This document shows, one piece after another, positions 30,250 through 33,598 of a stretch of DNA of 33,598 nucleotides. The notes under the pieces were generated by a model. The model ran no database searches. It was not told the origin of the DNA and saw nothing but the letters and a program-made list of their open reading frames with translations. The stretch covers positions 1 to 33,598 of the IMG/VR virus record IMGVR_UViG_3300045988_096981. One strand, given 5' to 3'. This stretch comes from a virus. Made by a program: the position numbers and the translations under genes. Positions within the stretch are counted from its first letter, which is position 1. Each line of letters begins with the position of its first letter.

Positions 30250-30476
30250 TGTATTAACTCCTCTCTAGCACAGATGTTTACAACTTCGTCCTCAATTCCG
30301 TCACAATCTGGATTTGGACAATAAAACTCAGGTTCACCCTGACAACCACACCATTCAGCTTCTCTGCCTGAACAGCAAGGTTGAATTACTTCTAGGTTGT
30401 CGTGGTTGCAGTACCACTCATTATCAAAGAAATCAAAGCGATAACTCGCTCTGACCTGCTTTACGTTAATTTTCAT
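30237..30476 (-). CDS. Cys-rich small protein (79 aa from the ATG at 30476; the ORF track extends it to 30644)
   Basis: MKINVKQVRASYRFDFFDNEWYCNHD...CCSGREAEWCGCQGEPEFYCPNPDCDG carries 9 Cys. A GAGAG RBS is present, and the upstream extension lacks coding character. Confidence 0.55.
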   Translation of the reverse strand: MKINVKQVRASYRFDFFDNEWYCNHDNLEVIQPCCSGREAEWCGCQGEPEFYCPNPDCDGIEDEVVNICAREELIQCLA

Positions 30477-30477
30477 A

Positions 30478-30506
30478 TTTACTCTCAATCTGCCATTTGA
30501 TATAAT
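30478..30506 (+). promoter_or_regulatory. Plus-strand extended -10 promoter (TTTACT-17 nt incl. TGn-TATAAT), antisense to the early operon
   Basis: -35 at 30478-30483, TG at 30498-30499, and TATAAT at 30501-30506. Confidence 0.45.
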
Positions 30507-30514
30507 GGCTTTGT

Positions 30515-30540
30515 AGCCGCTCTTTTGAGCGGTTTTTGCT
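30515..30540 (+). terminator. Plus-strand intrinsic terminator about 10 nt downstream of the plus-strand promoter
   Basis: AGCCGCTC-TTTT-GAGCGGTT followed by TTTGCTTT. The T-run is present only on the plus strand. Confidence 0.55.
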
Positions 30541-30845
30541 TTATACTGCCCACTTTTCAGCGCAGGTGTGGGAGACCTGTAGTGAGCAGTAGCGGACGTT
30601 TGAAACACAGGAGTTTTACTTTTAATAAACCCAAAAATAAACACTCAAACGTCCAGCAAAGGAGCTGGCGATCGTCAAACCGCCCATTACTGCCCACTAA
30701 TTCCAAATTGTTAAGATACCAACTTCTACACGTGTTACGCCTGAACCTTCGAGCAATCTGTCACGCTTGTATAATTTTCGTCGTACGCTCTTTTATGGTG
30801 TCGCTTACGTAATCGTAATAGCACAGCTTGTTAATTCTGCACGAG

Positions 30846-30873
30846 ATTATCAGATACGCGTTTGATAACCTCG
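30846..30873. promoter_or_regulatory. Palindromic operator-like site, copy 2 (TTATCAGA-TACGCG-TTTGATAA plus CCTCG)
   Basis: 30848-30873 is the reverse complement of 631-656 with one mismatch. Confidence 0.6.
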
Positions 30874-30879
30874 TGGAAA

Positions 30880-30908
30880 TTAAAAAACCACAGCGATTTG
30901 CTGTGGTT
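30880..30908 (-). terminator. Rho-independent terminator directly after the tRNA-derived attP core
   Basis: Minus strand: AACCACAGC-AAATC-GCTGTGGTT followed by TTTTAATTT. Confidence 0.75.
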
Positions 30909-30921
30909 AAAACCCAAATTA

Positions 30922-30966
30922 TGGCGCCCCGAGTAGGATTCGAACCTACGACCTTAGGCTTAGAAG
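30922..30966 (-). other. attP core: the 3' portion of a tRNA-Arg(UCU) gene, from anticodon loop through T-arm to acceptor 3' strand and CCA, with no 5' half
   Basis: Minus strand reads CTTCTAA-GCCTA-AGGTC-GTAGG-TTCGAAT-CCTAC-TCGGGGC-G-CCA. The upstream sequence has no GCCCCGA acceptor strand or D-arm. The element lies 127 nt from the integrase stop. Confidence 0.75.
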
Positions 30967-31052
30967 TCCTCAGGTTGCCAATCAGATTATAACATAAACT
31001 TATCGCTTTAGTACAAATCAGAGGGTGTAAAAGTTCTATTGAATATGCTCTT

Positions 31053-31081
31053 ATATTAGCACACCCAAATTAAAAAGTCAA
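31053..31081 (-). promoter_or_regulatory. Second copy of the TTGACT-17 nt-TAATAT promoter, pointing into the attP core
   Basis: -35 at 31081-31076 and -10 at 31058-31053. It shares the 12-mer CTTATATTAGCA (31050-31061) with 661-672. Confidence 0.6.
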
Positions 31082-31092
31082 TAGGCTCATGC

Positions 31093-31950
31093 TTAAATTG
31101 GGCGTAAAGTCATAAATTTGTCGAATTGCTCCCTTATATATTTAGGTGGGACGTGTAGATAGTTTTGCGTTGTATTCACGTTTTCATGACCTAGACTTAT
31201 TTGAACTGTTTTTATATCAGCACCGTTTAAGTACATGTTTGTAGCGAACGAATAGCGTGCTATATGAGGGCTTACGTGATAACCATACTTCTCAAACACC
31301 TTTAGCCAACGCGCTATTGTGTCGGTGTCGACTGGCTTCGACTGGTCGACATTTTTATGTATTTGTTTTCTTTTAATAAGATAGCCATCGATGCTATTTT
31401 TGATAATAAACTCTCTCACTAGCTTCATAATTTCAGGGTGAACCAAAACTTCACGACATTTACCACCAGCTTTACCTTTTCCTCTTACAGATATGTAATT
31501 ATCGTAGATATCTTGCGTGCGTATTCTCACCAACTCAGAAACTCGAAGACCTGAGCCAAACATTAGATAGATAATTATTTTCATTTGCTCATCAACTTCA
31601 CCTAGGACTTTGCAGACTATATCTTCAGGCACTACTGTTTTGTCTACTTTTTCTGGTGTTATAGTTTTGATTTTTTGCCACCTAAACCCTAGAGTGATTT
31701 CAAAGTCGCCTTCTAGACATCTGAAAAAGCTCCTTAAAACTGTTATCAAGGCGGCAAGACTGTTTCTTTTTAAGTTGCTTTTTGAGGCTAAATACTCACG
31801 AATATGCTTCAACTGAATTTCTTCAATTTTCTGTACGCCTTTTGTTCTCAAAAACTTATCGAAGTCATTTAGCCACACTTTTCTGTCATAGACGGTCTTA
31901 TCTGATAGACGGTCTACATCACGAATAAAAGATAAATACTCATCAATCAC
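31093..31950 (-). CDS. int: Tyrosine recombinase / phage integrase (285 aa from GTG 31950; the ORF track extends it to a TTG at 32004)
   Basis: Catalytic motifs are GLRVSELVRIR, HIARYSFAT (H-x-x-R) and LGHENVNTTQNYLHV (H...Y). A GGGAGGAG RBS lies 6 nt before the GTG. Confidence 0.9.
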   Translation of the reverse strand: MIDEYLSFIRDVDRLSDKTVYDRKVWLNDFDKFLRTKGVQKIEEIQLKHIREYLASKSNLKRNSLAALITVLRSFFRCLEGDFEITLGFRWQKIKTITPEKVDKTVVPEDIVCKVLGEVDEQMKIIIYLMFGSGLRVSELVRIRTQDIYDNYISVRGKGKAGGKCREVLVHPEIMKLVREFIIKNSIDGYLIKRKQIHKNVDQSKPVDTDTIARWLKVFEKYGYHVSPHIARYSFATNMYLNGADIKTVQISLGHENVNTTQNYLHVPPKYIREQFDKFMTLRPI

Positions 31951-32120
31951 AGAGCACTCCTCCCACAAAAAAATTAATATTTTGTAGGATTTTGAGGTGC
32001 CCAACTAGTGTTGCTTTCAGACCACCCACACGGTCGTCAACTCGGCAGTAGATATGGCTAATTTCTTATTCAATTTTGCCACGTCTAGCCGTGTCTGCAT
32101 AGTGTAAAATTCACAAAGTC

Positions 32121-33023
32121 CTACGTGTCGAACCTGCTATTTCTAGCTGGTTCAATCACCTTAAGCTCCCTAAATTCAAAATGGTAAGATGTACCAACTT
32201 TACAACCGTACCTGTTGCGGTTTTTCTCTAAAGTAACGATGATATCATTTGGAAAATCTTTCATATTTCGTTCAACCATTAAGACGATATCCGCGTCCTG
32301 AGCAATATAGCTCGAACCTCGCAAATCGTTTATTCCAGTCTTTCGTGTATGGCTGTCTGGTGCTTTTCGTGTATGACTGATTAGAATGATAGGAATCTGA
32401 TGCCTGATTGCGTTCTTTTTTAATTCTTTTGTTATATTTCCCAATTCTTCGGCGACGTTTTGGATTTCCCGCGTAAAGTAATGAAGGTGATCAATCACGA
32501 CCAGTTCACAGTTGGCTTCTTCTTTGGCTTTTCGAACCAATCCGTCGATTGATTGCCAGCTTAATTCATCGTTTTTTTGGAAAAATATGCCAGCTGCACA
32601 CTTTTCGTATTCTGTTTCGCCAAGGATTTTTCTAAATCGCACACCTGCTTCGCCGTGAGTCATTTCCAAAGTAACGAATAAAACAGATTTGTTTTGCTTA
32701 GCTACATTTGCCGCGATATTCATGCTTAGGGCTGTTTTACCGTTACTAGTGGCTCCACCGATAACAGTAAGCTCTCCTGGCGCTAATCCCATTGTCATGC
32801 GGTCAAGTACCCAGTTCCCTGTTCTTAATCCGATGATTTTGCCCCAGTTTTTCATGCGCTCTTCGATTTCTTCGTGATAGTCTGCCATCATCGTGAATTC
32901 GAGCTCTGCTGCTGCGGATTTTGCAGTTTTAGCAGATGCTCCAAGTACGTATTCGTAAAGGTCTAGCTGTTCGTTCGACTTCAGTGTGTCGATTTTTGAT
33001 TTAAGATAGGTTAAATTGTCCAC
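32121..33023 (-). CDS. DnaB-like replicative helicase, RecA-type C-terminal domain only (300 aa from GTG 33023; the ORF track extends it to 33104)
   Basis: Motifs are TGNWVLDRMTMGLAPGELTVIGGATSNGKTAL (Walker A), VLFVTLEM and LVVIDHLHY (Walker B-like). A GGGAG RBS lies 7 nt before the GTG. Confidence 0.85.
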   Translation of the reverse strand: MDNLTYLKSKIDTLKSNEQLDLYEYVLGASAKTAKSAAAELEFTMMADYHEEIEERMKNWGKIIGLRTGNWVLDRMTMGLAPGELTVIGGATSNGKTALSMNIAANVAKQNKSVLFVTLEMTHGEAGVRFRKILGETEYEKCAAGIFFQKNDELSWQSIDGLVRKAKEEANCELVVIDHLHYFTREIQNVAEELGNITKELKKNAIRHQIPIILISHTRKAPDSHTRKTGINDLRGSSYIAQDADIVLMVERNMKDFPNDIIVTLEKNRNRYGCKVGTSYHFEFRELKVIEPARNSRFDT

Positions 33024-33240
33024 GTAATATCTCCCTGATTTTTGATTTATGCCAATTTGCAGTGTTTTCGACTGTTTCGAATAGCTCTTCGTATTTGTCG
33101 ACATTGTGATTGATGTTAGATATGCTCTGTAACGTCGTGTAATCGTTTCTGAGCGTCTTTACGGCTTCATTGTGGTATTTTATCGTTTCCGCAACAAAAC
33201 GCTCTGAGGCGTCCTCTAAATCGATTTTTAAGCCATCCAC
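33001..33240 (-). CDS. Hypothetical helical protein (79 aa, GTG start) between the initiator and the helicase; possible helicase loader/adaptor
   Basis: A GGGAGA RBS lies 6 nt before the GTG at 33240. The ORF overlaps both neighbours. Confidence 0.55.
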   Translation of the reverse strand: MDGLKIDLEDASERFVAETIKYHNEAVKTLRNDYTTLQSISNINHNVDKYEELFETVENTANWHKSKIREILRGQFNLS

Positions 33241-33598
33241 GATCCATCTCCCATTAACTCATCTAGGTCTGCCATGCCTTCATGTTGCTTTTTTCGCTTC
33301 GATAGCATGTTGTCTATTGTAGAGGCTCTGAGCAGATAGTCGCTTTTTAATTCGTTAATCTTCTTTGAGTGCCAATCATCTTCAACGAGTACGTCTAGTG
33401 CTTTACCGATTTCTTCTAACGAGAACTTCTTCAAGGTTTCTTTGTAACCACGTGGAAGTATTCTGAAATTACGTTTGGTTTTTTCGTTTAGTAGGTCTAA
33501 TAGTTTTTTATCAACTTCACTATTACTTATTATATTCTTAGCGTTATTATTTACAGATTTTGAAGTTTCTTGAATTCCTGATTTTGAAGTTTCTTGAA
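33228..33598 (-). CDS. Replication initiator / replisome organizer, C-terminal part (continuation of 377-1; 33544-33598 duplicates 1-55)
   Basis: ...KTKRNFRILPRGYKETLKKFSLEEIGKALDVLVEDDWHSKKINELKSDYLLRASTIDNMLS resembles the conserved phage replication-protein C-terminal (DnaD-like) domain. Confidence 0.8.
   Translation of the reverse strand, partial: QETSKSGIQETSKSVNNNAKNIISNSEVDKKLLDLLNEKTKRNFRILPRGYKETLKKFSLEEIGKALDVLVEDDWHSKKINELKSDYLLRASTIDNMLSKRKKQHEGMADLDELMGDGSWMA
33544..33598. repeat. Right-hand copy of the 55-nt end overlap
   Basis: Identical to 1-55. Confidence 0.95.

Noticed and set aside
30770-30775. A plus-strand TATAAT upstream of palindrome copy 2 as a mirror-image promoter
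   Set aside because: The -35 is poor and the TG is misplaced by one position for an extended -10. In AT-rich DNA a lone TATAAT is not sufficient evidence.
30922-31000. A complete tRNA gene on the minus strand
   Set aside because: Only the anticodon loop, 3' anticodon stem, variable region, T-arm, acceptor 3' strand and CCA are present. Upstream there is no complementary GCCCCGA acceptor strand or D-arm. I therefore called it an attP core.
33024-33104. The N-terminal 27-codon extension of the helicase, and the 18-codon TTG extension of the integrase (31951-32004)
   Set aside because: Both extensions lack an RBS, whereas internal GTG codons are preceded by GGGAG/GGGAGGAG at 6-7 nt. The helicase extension would also overlap the 79-aa ORF by over 100 nt.

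Overview
The window is a complete, circularly closed genome of about 33.54 kb. The first and last 55 nt are identical. It is a temperate siphovirus-type dsDNA phage of a low-GC Gram-positive host, judged from AGGAGG-type RBSs, a CHAP/Amidase_5-like endolysin and an r1t-type holin. About 60 genes are present and all but two lie on the minus strand. Reading in the direction of transcription, the modules are as follows. (1) Replication: a DnaD-like organizer carrying internal 24-nt iterons, a 79-aa ORF and a DnaB-like helicase. (2) Integration: a tyrosine integrase plus an attP built on the 3' half of tRNA-Arg(UCU). (3) A membrane/transglycosylase pair. (4) Recombination: ERF, YqaJ exonuclease, SSB and NinG. 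(5) Many small early ORFs. (6) A methylation block: Dam-like MTase, ParB-MTase split at a G9 tract, and a minimal SAM synthetase. (7) Packaging and head: TerS/TerL, a portal-MuF fusion, a Com-like zinc finger and a protease-capsid fusion. (8) Neck, tail and lysis genes. (9) An accessory tail end. The strongest candidates for undescribed biology are these. First, a self-contained promoter-to-terminator cassette after the lysis genes encodes an acidic 92-aa unknown plus an Arc/RHH protein (acr-aca-like or TA-like). Second, a 26-nt inverted repeat and a duplicated promoter bracket the replication-integrase-attP module, and no CI/Cro-like regulator is visible. Third, a 340-nt ORF-free island in the early region is repeat-rich and closed by a long-range stem. 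Fourth, the phage methyltransferase is interrupted by a homopolymer next to a minimal MetK. Fifth, a membrane-anchor ORF and a transglycosylase ORF lie in 0/-1 frames across a perfect 10-bp hairpin. All functional calls rest on motif recognition by eye and gene order; no database search was run.
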